From: Minisyncoccota bacterium | GTDB lineage: Bacteria; Patescibacteriota; Minisyncoccia; Phycocordibacterales; UBA2100 | Direction: 5' to 3' | Assembly: GCA_022842645.1 (NCBI GenBank) | Contig: JALHPE010000001.1 | Location: 264,178-328,177 of the forward strand | DNA length: 64,000 nucleotides | In this document: piece by piece, positions 35,157 through 43,696 of the stretch | How the letters are laid out: every line of letters starts with the position of its first letter | How positions within the stretch are numbered: the stretch's first letter is position 1 | Notes under the pieces: generated by a model | What the model was told of the DNA's origin: nothing | What the model saw: the letters and a program-made list of their open reading frames with translations, nothing else | Databases searched by the model: none | Made by a program: the position numbers and the translations under genes

Positions 35157-35933
35157 ATGACACTTTCTCGCACATTCCTATTAGCAATCGCTCTTCCATT
35201 CCTCGCATATGGAATCGCACTTGCACAAGATACAGGAGTTGAAACTGAAACGTCGGTTGAAATGCAAGCTCCACCTCCTGCTGGCTCTCAACCACCGATG
35301 AAACCCATCGACGCCCTTCGTCGTGCAAAAGAAGCTCAGCAAGGGATCCGCACGGACGCGCGCGATGCGCGACAAGACTGGCGAGCAGAAACGAGAGCAG
35401 AATTGCAAGGCGCAGCGCCTGGAGAACGCCCCGGCATGATGCGAGAAGCTGGTTCCGAACGCATGCAAATCGCAAAAGATCGAATGGCAAGCACAACCGG
35501 ACTCCGCATGAAGATGAAGGCGGCCGTAGATCGACATGCAGGACTCATCCGTGAACGATTCTCAAACGCTATCACTCACCTTGAAAAACTTATGGCGCGC
35601 ATTGATTCGCGCATTACCAAACTCAAAGACGAAGGCGTCGATGTGAGCGCCGTCGTCGCCCTGCAGACTGATGCAGAAAGTGCCATCGTTTCGGCACAAG
35701 CTGACATTAAGGCTGTCCGCGACTACATGTCGAACGTCACTGACCAAAGCAACCGCGAAACAGTAAAAGCTGAAATCGAACCCCTTATTAAATCTGCGCA
35801 AGAAAGCATCCGCGAGGCACATAGCGCAGTACGCAACCTCGTAAAGAGTCTTGTTGATCTCAACAAAGCAAACAAATCTGCATCGGTTGAGGTCGAAGCC
35901 AGCGCCCCCGCTTCTCCAGAGACCACGGAATAA
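35157..35933 (+). CDS. hypothetical secreted coiled-coil protein
   Basis: Signal peptide MTLSRTFLLAIALPFLAYGIALAQ. Charged helical body. Confidence 0.5.
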   Translation: MTLSRTFLLAIALPFLAYGIALAQDTGVETETSVEMQAPPPAGSQPPMKPIDALRRAKEAQQGIRTDARDARQDWRAETRAELQGAAPGERPGMMREAGSERMQIAKDRMASTTGLRMKMKAAVDRHAGLIRERFSNAITHLEKLMARIDSRITKLKDEGVDVSAVVALQTDAESAIVSAQADIKAVRDYMSNVTDQSNRETVKAEIEPLIKSAQESIREAHSAVRNLVKSLVDLNKANKSASVEVEASAPASPETTE

Positions 35934-35979
35934 CGCCATCTATTTTCTAATATCTACCATCTAATATCTTCCCCTCCTT

Positions 35980-36366
35980 ATGGACCCCCTCACTCAAAAT
36001 CAAAACCCCATCACAACCGGTAGTCAGATGCCGCCGCAGATGCCAAGTTCAGAACCTGAGCGTTCTCCCATGGGCCCAGTTGCAGGCGCTGTGATTGTTA
36101 TCGTACTCCTCGTCGCAGGTGGCCTCTACTTCTATGGCGCAAAACTCAATCGAGAAACCATGATGAAAAACAACGCACCGTACATACCATCGGACACAAT
36201 GATGGAAGAAACATCGATAATGCCTACTGAAGCATCGATGGATACCATGGTCGGCCTTCCTTCACAAAGCAGTTCCGATGACGTCTCTTCCATTGAAGCA
36301 GATCTGAATGCAATGGATATGGGTGCAATCGAATCCTCAAACCAGGCTGAACTGAATAATCTCTAA
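35980..36366 (+). CDS. hypothetical membrane protein (128 aa)
   Basis: Pro/Ser-rich N-terminus, one TM helix (GAVIVIVLLVAGGLYFYG). Confidence 0.5.
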   Translation: MDPLTQNQNPITTGSQMPPQMPSSEPERSPMGPVAGAVIVIVLLVAGGLYFYGAKLNRETMMKNNAPYIPSDTMMEETSIMPTEASMDTMVGLPSQSSSDDVSSIEADLNAMDMGAIESSNQAELNNL

Positions 36367-36377
36367 AAAGCACGGCA

Positions 36378-36416
36378 AAGCCGCCGCCCGCCCCTAGCGG
36401 GCGGCGGCTTTTGCTT
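36378..36416 (+). terminator. rho-independent terminator
   Basis: AAAGCCGCCGCCCGC-CCCTAG-CGGGCGGCGGCTTT long GC stem followed by TTGCTT. Confidence 0.6.
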
Positions 36417-36429
36417 GTACACTCGCCGA

Positions 36430-37503
36430 ATGTCCAAAAAACCAAAAATTACTCGAGACGAAAAACGCTGGGAACTCATCCTCGAAGGCGAAATCGCACC
36501 AGAATCCATTGCTGAACACCGCGAACACGTGATTGCGGGCTTTGTGAAAGACGCCCACCTCCCTGGCTTCCGCCCCGGCAAAGCCCCTAAAGAACAAGTC
36601 TTAAAGCACGTCGGCGAAGCGGCCATCCTTCGCGAAACAATCCAGCATGCAATCCAGCACGAACTCCCAGAACTCCTCGCAAAAGAAGAAGCACATATCG
36701 TTGCGGCTCCACAGGTGACCGTCGAAAAAGCACCTGATTCGTTCCCCGCAACAGAGCCGATTGTCTTCACCGCTCGCGCACCTCTCGCACCTGAAGTGAA
36801 ACTCGGCGACTACACATCGATCGCAAAGAAACACAACGGAGATAAGAAAGAAGTTGAAGTAACCGACACCGAACACGCAGAAACGATGAATCACTTAAAG
36901 CGCGAACGCGCACGTATCACCAAAGTCGAGCTTGGTCTTACCCCCGCCGAAGCCGCAGAAGAAGCGCGTAAAATGGAAGAAAAAGATCTTCCCGCACTCG
37001 ACGATGAGTTCGTAAAATCTCTCGGCTACGAAAGTGCGGAGAAATTCTCCGAAACCGTTCGCACCAACATCAAGACAGAAAAAGAAATGAAAGAAACAGA
37101 AAAGCGCCGCGCGACCATGCTCGATGAAATCGTCAAAGATTCAAAAGTCTCCTACCCTGCCCTCCTTAAAGAATACGAACTCGACGACATGGAATCCCGC
37201 ATGAAAGACGACATCGAACGCATGGGCCTTTCTATGGAGAAATACCTTGCGGAAACAAAGAAATCGCTCGCCGACATCCGCAAAGAATGGGATGAACCAG
37301 CAGATAAGCGCGCCAAAATGCGCCTCGTTCTCGCGCACATCGCGCAGGCAGAAAAAATCGACGCCGACCCAGCGCGCGTGGAAAACGAATTCACCCACGC
37401 GAAAGCCCACTACAAAAACGCCAGCGAATCCGACCTCCGCACCCACATCGCCCACGCTCTTAGGAACGAAGCGGTCATCACGTGGCTCGAGCAACAAGTT
37501 TAG
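36430..37503 (+). CDS. tig: trigger factor
   Basis: Ribosome-binding N-domain (GFRPGKAPK motif) and C-terminal chaperone arms. Start placed at MSKKPKITRD (track ORF begins with TTG at 36415 inside the terminator T-run). Confidence 0.85.
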   Translation: MSKKPKITRDEKRWELILEGEIAPESIAEHREHVIAGFVKDAHLPGFRPGKAPKEQVLKHVGEAAILRETIQHAIQHELPELLAKEEAHIVAAPQVTVEKAPDSFPATEPIVFTARAPLAPEVKLGDYTSIAKKHNGDKKEVEVTDTEHAETMNHLKRERARITKVELGLTPAEAAEEARKMEEKDLPALDDEFVKSLGYESAEKFSETVRTNIKTEKEMKETEKRRATMLDEIVKDSKVSYPALLKEYELDDMESRMKDDIERMGLSMEKYLAETKKSLADIRKEWDEPADKRAKMRLVLAHIAQAEKIDADPARVENEFTHAKAHYKNASESDLRTHIAHALRNEAVITWLEQQV

Positions 37504-38213
37504 GTTACCTGCTCGAATTTTCCGATAATTCTCTCTATCCCTTCAGTGGAATTCCGGCACAGCGCTAGAACATCTACGTTTTCTCCCTCGAGAAAGAACG
37601 ATACTTTTATTTCAACTCTCGGCTTTAAATTAGTATCTATTTCTCCCTCGATTCCTTTGTTGGTTAGATAAAAATGATTGAAGGAATTCCCGTTATCATC
37701 AACATTTCTCATGGTAGTGGTTCCTGAGTGTAGAGTTAGCCTTAAAGCCTGTCCGAGAAATACAGTAGCGTCTTGCCTTCTACTTTGTGCCAATAATTTA
37801 CGATGCCCCAAATTCGAATACTTTCGTAGAAGAGAAATCCAAGCGTTCTCAGGATGATACGGCTGCGCTTCCTCAATAATTTTGAATGCTGCCAAATCTC
37901 GCCCCTTCAAATCATTCATACCAAATTGGCCAACCAAACTTCGCAATTCTTGTAGATTTTTACAGACTGGAAACTGAACCTTGTGTTTCTTCCCTTCAAA
38001 ATCTTGAAGGGTTAATTGTGATCGAATTTTATTATCAAAATAGTTAAAGATCACCTGATCAAGAAGGCGGTTTAACAGTGTTATTACAACTTGTGTCGTA
38101 TTTCTCGCTTCATCTGATACTAAAGTTTCGGTTTCTTTATGCTGGTTACATAAAGCAATAAGATTGAGTAATTGACGATTGATGTATTCGAGTTGGATTT
38201 TAATTTCGCTCAT
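37500..38213 (-). CDS. hypothetical protein, AT-rich, with RKYSNLGH (Rx6H) HEPN-like motif; candidate horizontally acquired gene
   Basis: Antisense ORF between tig and clpP. Its stop codon overlaps the tig stop codon. Visibly lower GC than flanks. No confident domain. Confidence 0.5.
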   Translation of the reverse strand: MSEIKIQLEYINRQLLNLIALCNQHKETETLVSDEARNTTQVVITLLNRLLDQVIFNYFDNKIRSQLTLQDFEGKKHKVQFPVCKNLQELRSLVGQFGMNDLKGRDLAAFKIIEEAQPYHPENAWISLLRKYSNLGHRKLLAQSRRQDATVFLGQALRLTLHSGTTTMRNVDDNGNSFNHFYLTNKGIEGEIDTNLKPRVEIKVSFFLEGENVDVLALCRNSTEGIERIIGKFEQVT

Positions 38214-38304
38214 AGGATTCAGTTCGTGGGCATTAAAGTATAAGTTGCAGTCACACACACTTCAACATGGCATCCAAAAACTCCTCGTGCTACCATCCCC
38301 GCAT

Positions 38305-38904
38305 ATGAAAAACACACCCATAACCGCACAAATGTTAGTCCCGATGGTCGTTGAGAAAACCACCATGGGCGAGCGCGCCTATGACATCTACTCCCGCCTT
38401 CTGAAAGAGCGCATTGTCTTTCTTGGCGGCCCGATTGACGACCACGTGGCGAATCTCGTGATCGCTCAGCTCCTTTTCTTAGCAAGCGAAGATCCAAAGA
38501 AAGATATTTCTTTCTATATCAATTCCCCTGGTGGACACGTCTCGTCCGGCCTCGCGATCGTAGACACCATGAATCATATCCAGCCGGATGTCTCGACTGT
38601 GTGCGTTGGTATGGCGGCCTCCATGGGTGCGGTACTTCTCTCAGCGGGTAAAAAGGGCAAACGCTTCGCGCTTCCGAATGCCGAAGTGATGATTCACCAA
38701 CCTTCAGGCGGTGCAGAAGGCCAGGCGTCCGATATCGCGATAACCGCGAAGCACATACTTGCAACACGTGAGCGCTTGAACAAAATTCTTGCGAAAAATA
38801 CCGGACAGTCAGTTAAAAAGATCGAAACTGACGTCGATCGCGACTTCTTTATGACCGCCGACGAAGCAAAAACCTACGGCGTCATTGACAAAGTGCTCGA
38901 ATAG
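38305..38904 (+). CDS. clpP: ATP-dependent Clp protease proteolytic subunit
   Basis: [33 protein letters not shown] and catalytic Ser/His/Asp context ([11 protein letters not shown]). Start is either 38305 or 38332; the track start at 38179 overlaps the antisense gene. Confidence 0.9.
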   Translation: MKNTPITAQMLVPMVVEKTTMGERAYDIYSRLLKERIVFLGGPIDDHVANLVIAQLLFLASEDPKKDISFYINSPGGHVSSGLAIVDTMNHIQPDVSTVCVGMAASMGAVLLSAGKKGKRFALPNAEVMIHQPSGGAEGQASDIAITAKHILATRERLNKILAKNTGQSVKKIETDVDRDFFMTADEAKTYGVIDKVLE

Positions 38905-39158
38905 TTGGACAGGTTACAGGTTTTAGGGTTTAGTTTTTAGAGGCTTTTGTTTTATGGCTTATATAAAGGTTATTCCCAGAACCTACCGCCCATTCCCTAC
39001 AACCTAGTGAGGTGCTATAGTGCATGTACACCTTACCATTTATGTCACTTTACACCGCGCACCTCTCTATCAAAGCGCACTCTAACCGTGTCTTTCTATC
39101 AATGAACTCTGTCACACGAATGCAGGCGTACTAGAGGCGCGTGGTTAAATCCACGCAT

Positions 39159-40688
39159 ATGTCATTAAAATTAATTCTCGTCCTCGTCGCTCTCTCGGGC
39201 GTTCTTGGAATTGCAGTCGGCTACTTCCTCCGCTGGATCATAAGCCTCGGAAAGCGCGGCTCGATGGAGCTTGAAATCAAGCAGATGCAATTAAACGCCG
39301 AAGAGCGTGCAAAGCAGATTCTTGAAGAAGCTGAAAAGTCGGCAAAAGAAAAAGCAACAACCCTCACCGGTGAATTTAAAGAGCGCGAACGCGAACTCAA
39401 GCAAACCGAAGAGCGCCTCGTCCGCAAAGAAGAGATGCTTGACCAACGCCAACAGAACGTTGATAACGAAAACGAATCTCTGAAGGCAAAAGCAGAGGAA
39501 GTACAAAAACAAAAAGAAAAAGCTGAGACACTGATCCGCGAACAACAGGAAAAGCTTGAGAAGGTCGCAAGCCTCTCGGCCGAAGAAGCCAAGCAGGCAC
39601 TCATCACCTCAATAGAAAAACGCTACGCAGACGATCTCGAAGGTCGCATGCGGAAACTCGAAATTTCTGGCAACGAAAGACTCGAGGCCCGCGCAAAAGA
39701 GATTCTCACCACCTCCGTTCACCGCCTTGGCAACTCTGTAGTTTCCGATGTCATCGCAACCACGATTTCTCTCCCGAACGACGAAATCAAGGGCAAAATC
39801 ATCGGTAAAGAGGGTCGCAATATCCGCACCTTCGAGAAAGTAACAGGCGTTGATGTGATCGTCGACGACACTCCGGGCACGATTACCCTCTCCTGCTACG
39901 ACCCGATCCGGCGCCAGATTGCTCGCATCGCACTCGAAAATCTCATTCTCGACGGACGCATCCAGCCCGCAAAGATTGAAGAGGCGGTACAGAAAGCTGA
40001 GGGCGAGATCAACAACATCATCAAGAAGAAAGGTGCTGAAGCGGCATACAACGCGAAGGTCACGAATCTTGATCCGAAGCTTCTTATGATTCTTGGTCGC
40101 CTCTACTTCCGCACCAGCTATGGTCAGAATGTGCTCGATCACTCAGTGGAAATGGCAAATCTTGCAGCAATGCTTGCCGAAGAACTTGGCGCTGATGTTC
40201 AAATCGCTCGTGCCGGTGCCCTCCTCCACGATATTGGCAAGGCGCTCGACCACGAAGTTCCGGGCACGCACGTCGAGATAGGCCGTCGCATCCTCCAAAA
40301 GTTTGGTGTCGATGAGCTCGTCGTGAAAGCAATGCAAGCACACCACGAAGAATATCCGTACGAAACACCTGAAAGCATGATTGTGCAGGTGGCAGACGCC
40401 ATTTCTGGTGGCCGCCCTGGCGCACGCCGTGATTCAGTTGAGAATTACATCAAACGTCTCGAAGACCTTGAGGCACTTGCGAATCAACACCCTGGGGTTG
40501 AAAAGAGCTTCGCCATCTCCGCCGGTCGTGAAGTCCGCGTCATCGTAAAACCAGAAGAAGTTACCGACCTCGAGGCGCGCAAACTCGCTCGCGACATCGC
40601 GGATTCGATTGAAAAAGAGATGCAATACCCAGGAGAGATCAAAGTGTCCGTGATGCGCGAGACGCGTGTCATCGAATACGCTCGGTAG
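39159..40688 (+). CDS. rny: ribonuclease Y
   Basis: N-terminal TM helix, coiled coil, KH domain (IGKEGRNIRTFE), HD domain (LLHDIGK...H). Confidence 0.9.
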   Translation: MSLKLILVLVALSGVLGIAVGYFLRWIISLGKRGSMELEIKQMQLNAEERAKQILEEAEKSAKEKATTLTGEFKERERELKQTEERLVRKEEMLDQRQQNVDNENESLKAKAEEVQKQKEKAETLIREQQEKLEKVASLSAEEAKQALITSIEKRYADDLEGRMRKLEISGNERLEARAKEILTTSVHRLGNSVVSDVIATTISLPNDEIKGKIIGKEGRNIRTFEKVTGVDVIVDDTPGTITLSCYDPIRRQIARIALENLILDGRIQPAKIEEAVQKAEGEINNIIKKKGAEAAYNAKVTNLDPKLLMILGRLYFRTSYGQNVLDHSVEMANLAAMLAEELGADVQIARAGALLHDIGKALDHEVPGTHVEIGRRILQKFGVDELVVKAMQAHHEEYPYETPESMIVQVADAISGGRPGARRDSVENYIKRLEDLEALANQHPGVEKSFAISAGREVRVIVKPEEVTDLEARKLARDIADSIEKEMQYPGEIKVSVMRETRVIEYAR

Positions 40689-40798
40689 GAGTTAGAATTA
40701 GGCATCAATTAGATGCCCTTTGCAACCTATTGACAGCCTGAAAATACGGCTCAAAATGGTCATTGATTAGGGTGTTATAAGCTAATCCACCTAAACAT

Positions 40799-41074
40799 AT
40801 GGCGAATAAAATGGATTTGGTTGATAAGGTGCACTCCACAATCGGCTGCACCAAGGCAGATGCGGAGCGTGCTGTCGAGGCGATCATCGACACGATTACT
40901 GATAATCTTAAGCGTGGTGAAGAGGTCTCTGTCGCAGGCTTGGGTATCTTTGAAGCAAAAACACGTGCAGGACGCACGGGTAGGAACCCACGCACCGGTG
41001 CGACCATCCAGATCAAATCAATGCGCGTACCCAAATTCCGCGCCTCCAAGACCCTGAAGGATGCAGTGAAATAA
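40799..41074 (+). CDS. hup: DNA-binding protein HU
   Basis: Canonical HU sequence (GFGKFE-like GLGIFEAKTRAGRTGRNPRTGATIQI). Confidence 0.9.
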   Translation: MANKMDLVDKVHSTIGCTKADAERAVEAIIDTITDNLKRGEEVSVAGLGIFEAKTRAGRTGRNPRTGATIQIKSMRVPKFRASKTLKDAVK

Positions 41075-41110
41075 GGCGCCAGGTTCAAGAGAAAAGGTTT
41101 TAGAACAAAA

Positions 41111-41135
41111 ATCCGCTTGAAGCGGATTTTTGTTT
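41111..41135 (+). terminator. rho-independent terminator after hup
   Basis: ATCCGCT-TGA-AGCGGAT followed by TTTTTGTTTG. Confidence 0.65.
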
Positions 41136-41164
41136 GCACCCGTATTCGTGTAGAGTATGCAGAC

Positions 41165-41235
41165 GCGGGATTCGTTCAATGGTAGGACATCAGTTTTCCA
41201 AACTGAGGACAGGGGTTCGATCCCCCTATCCCGCA
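41165..41235 (+). tRNA. tRNA-Gly (anticodon UCC)
   Basis: Manual fold: acceptor GCGGGAT/ATCCCGC, D arm GTTC-AATGGTA-GGAC, anticodon stem TCAGT/ACTGA with loop TTTCCAA, T arm AGGGG-TTCGATC-CCCCT. CCA not encoded. Confidence 0.85.
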
Positions 41236-41236
41236 C

Positions 41237-42331
41237 ATGTTCAGACTCCTTGGCTTTGCTTTCGTACTTGTGCTCGCCTTGTTTGTACTCTCCGCGGCGC
41301 CTGAAGTTGCTCACTCCCCCACATACACACGCGAACCAATACCGCCAACTGAGCTCTCTTCCTCAACCGAGTCCGTGCTCGAAAAATCCCCGCCGACAGA
41401 CGATACTGCGGAAGAACTACAGCTACCTCCCGAGCCCCAAACGGAAGTCGTGGCACCAGAAAAAGCAGTACCTCCACTACCCTCTCCTCTTGAAATTGCT
41501 CGGGCGAACGCCCAGAGAGCTGTTGTTAATATTCTCTGTGAGCCAAAGGCAAACGGCAGAATGGCAGTTTCCGGCACCGGAGTCATCATCGACCCCCGCG
41601 GGGTCATAATCACCAATGCCCACGTCGCACAGTATGTACTTCTCTCGGCACGGGAAGAAGTGAACCTGACATGCATTATCCGCACTGGCTCCCCTGCGGT
41701 AAAAACATGGAAAACCGATATTCTTTATATCCCCCGAGAGTGGGTGGATGAGCACGCAGAAGACATTATAAAAACAAGACCGTCAGGCACGGGCGAGGAT
41801 GATTACGCCTTCCTTATTGTGAGGGGTCTAAATGACGAAGCAGTAGGTCCCCTTCCCTTTCTCCCCATAGAAACTGCCATCGACACTAGTGTGGTTGGGA
41901 GCACCACCGTTCTTTCGGCTTACCCGGCCGAGTTCTCAGGATTAGCTGCAACTCAGCAATTCCTCCTCTCATCGGCAATACTGACCCCCGTACGCAACAT
42001 ACTCACATTCAACGCCAATACAATAGACGTGCTCTCCTTCGGCGCCGTAGCCCTCGCCCAAGGTGGCTCATCGGGCGGTGCGGTTGTAAATGGAGATGGC
42101 AAGCTTATAGCCATAATCTCCACAACAAGCGACAAGGAATTCATTGCTGAGCGCGATCTTCGGGGCGTTAGCCTCTCATACATAGATCGCGCATTAAAGG
42201 AGAGCTTGGGGATTGATTTATCCACCATGCTTGAAGGAGACGTATTTGCACAAAGCGCACAATTTAGATTAAACCAAGCCCCAGGACTGGCACAACAGAT
42301 AATTAACTTCCTCTCTCAGAAACAACAGTAG
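41237..42331 (+). CDS. secreted trypsin-like serine protease (S1 family)
   Basis: Signal peptide. GVIITNAHV His region. GGSSGG catalytic Ser motif. Starts 2 nt after the tRNA. Confidence 0.75.
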   Translation: MFRLLGFAFVLVLALFVLSAAPEVAHSPTYTREPIPPTELSSSTESVLEKSPPTDDTAEELQLPPEPQTEVVAPEKAVPPLPSPLEIARANAQRAVVNILCEPKANGRMAVSGTGVIIDPRGVIITNAHVAQYVLLSAREEVNLTCIIRTGSPAVKTWKTDILYIPREWVDEHAEDIIKTRPSGTGEDDYAFLIVRGLNDEAVGPLPFLPIETAIDTSVVGSTTVLSAYPAEFSGLAATQQFLLSSAILTPVRNILTFNANTIDVLSFGAVALAQGGSSGGAVVNGDGKLIAIISTTSDKEFIAERDLRGVSLSYIDRALKESLGIDLSTMLEGDVFAQSAQFRLNQAPGLAQQIINFLSQKQQ

Positions 42332-42344
42332 CTCTTATTTCGTA

Positions 42345-42415
42345 TCGGGGCGCCGAGAATCGAACTCGGTCTATCTGCTCCCAAAGCAGACGTACTACCG
42401 GTATACTACGCCCCG
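42345..42415 (-). tRNA. tRNA-Pro (anticodon UGG)
   Basis: Manual fold of the minus-strand sequence: acceptor CGGGGCG/CGCCCCG, anticodon stem TCTGC/GCAGA with loop TTTGGGA, T arm CCGAG-TTCGATT-CTCGG. Confidence 0.85.
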
Positions 42416-42574
42416 TAAACAGGAAGGATTCTAGCACCTTTTCATAAAAACGTCCGCTTCACTGATACCACCCTACTGTTTAGGGGGTTTGCGCCAGAGA
42501 ATCGTTTTTAAAAGCAAATACCACTGCCACTGCTTACCTTGTCATAAAGGACGAAATGCTTTTTATTTTGTCCT

Positions 42575-42958
42575 TTATAAAACCTGCTCGTAAAACCGAC
42601 ATCTCGCAATTCGATTTTGGGTATCAAGCACCACCGCCACGACATCGATCTGATATTCACGATTATCACCCTTCTCCTCCATGTAGAGACTAGCGGTTCT
42701 TGCGACTTTCCGAAGCTTTGAATCGTGAGCCATTTCTTCTGGTCGGTGATCAGACATTTCACGTGAACCGTCATCACGCAGAGTTTGTGACTTAACCTCA
42801 ACAAACCTAACCACCCCTCCCTTCTCAGCAATAATATCTATCTCTCCCCACTTCTTGCGAAAATTAGTTTCTAATATAGAAAAACCCTTATTTTCCAAGA
42901 ATTTACGTGCAATATCCTCACCAAGATTGCCGGTTATCTGTTTTGAGGTCTTTCCCAT
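42575..42958 (-). CDS. yraN: YraN family (UPF0102) endonuclease-like protein
   Basis: GNLGEDIARKFLENKGFSILETNFR...GEIDIIA...VRFVEVK motif pattern of UPF0102. Confidence 0.8.
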   Translation of the reverse strand: MGKTSKQITGNLGEDIARKFLENKGFSILETNFRKKWGEIDIIAEKGGVVRFVEVKSQTLRDDGSREMSDHRPEEMAHDSKLRKVARTASLYMEEKGDNREYQIDVVAVVLDTQNRIARCRFYEQVL

Positions 42959-43299
42959 GTGTTTTCACGTGAAATGTTAAACTTTGTGTAACTTAAGAAA
43001 CATTATCGTCAAAATACAGGATGTCTCTTATTTTATGGCTTAAAAGCTGAGTTTTAAGTATAAACCCCTAAAAACGGTATATGTCCTATATCCACATATC
43101 CCCAGAGTTGTCCACATATTGGTCATTGTTTTGGACAGAAGTCACAAAAACTCTCTTTACTTCGTTTCCTGGTACCGATACTCGCTATGCTCGTTTCCGT
43201 AGGTGGTCGAAATTAGTCTAATGCGGATACTTCATGTCCGTACGTCGTCGCTCGAAAGCAAAAGAGCCTTTCAGGCTCTTTTGCTTTACTCGCCCCTAG

Positions 43300-43370
43300 T
43301 GCGGATAAGGAGAATCGAACTCCTATTTTCTCGTTGGCAACGAGGCGTTTTACCACTAAACTATATCCGC
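43300..43370 (-). tRNA. tRNA-Gly (anticodon GCC)
   Basis: Manual fold: acceptor GCGGATA/TATCCGC, anticodon loop TTGCCAA, T arm AGGAG-TTCGATT-CTCCT. Followed in minus sense by terminator GAGCC-TGAAA-GGCTC plus TTTT (43261-43282). Confidence 0.85.
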
Positions 43371-43448
43371 TACATGTGCCTCAGGAGACCCCCGATGCAA
43401 CGCAGGGGATTATACAGCAAGAATAGGGGAGGGCAATTTTTATTTATT

Positions 43449-43576
43449 GGTCACGGATAACCCGACTGCCGTCGCAGTCGAGTTTCCGCGACCCCGCCTC
43501 GGCCGTTTCGCCTTTTGGAGAAACATGCCTCCGGCCAGCACCGGATCGAAAAAACCTGCCGCAGGGCAGGTTTTTT
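43449..43576 (+). ncRNA. candidate structured small RNA, copy A of a 3-member paralogous family (own terminator)
   Basis: GGTCACGGATAA head. Hairpin CGACT-GCCGTCGC-AGTCG. Conserved TTTCCGCGACCCCGCCTCGG. Hairpin GTTTCGCC-TTTT-GGAGAAAC. Terminator CCTGCC-GCAG-GGCAGG plus TTTTTT. About 75 percent identical to copies at 61408-61587 and 61588-61717. Confidence 0.55.
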
Positions 43577-43584
43577 CATATCGG

Positions 43585-43656
43585 TGCTCCCGCCAGGACT
43601 CGAACCTAGAATACGACGTCCGAAGCGTCGCGTGATATCCATTTCACCACGGGAGC
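43585..43656 (-). tRNA. tRNA-Arg (anticodon UCG)
   Basis: Manual fold: acceptor GCTCCCG/CGGGAGC, D arm GTGA-AATGGATA-TCAC, anticodon stem CGACG/CGTCG with loop CTTCGGA, T arm CTAGG-TTCGAGT-CCTGG. Confidence 0.85.
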
Positions 43657-43696
43657 GAGTCCCTATCATACAGCCAAACTGCTCTGTAATGCTAGA

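Noticed and set aside
43449-43576. Identity of the repeated RNA-like element with 5S rRNA, SRP RNA, 6S RNA or RNase P RNA
   Set aside because: It lacks the hallmark motifs of each (5S loop C CCGAAC/GUGAAAC arrangement, SRP GGAAGCAGCC domain IV, the 6S large central bubble, RNase P P4 sequences). Sizes also do not fit.
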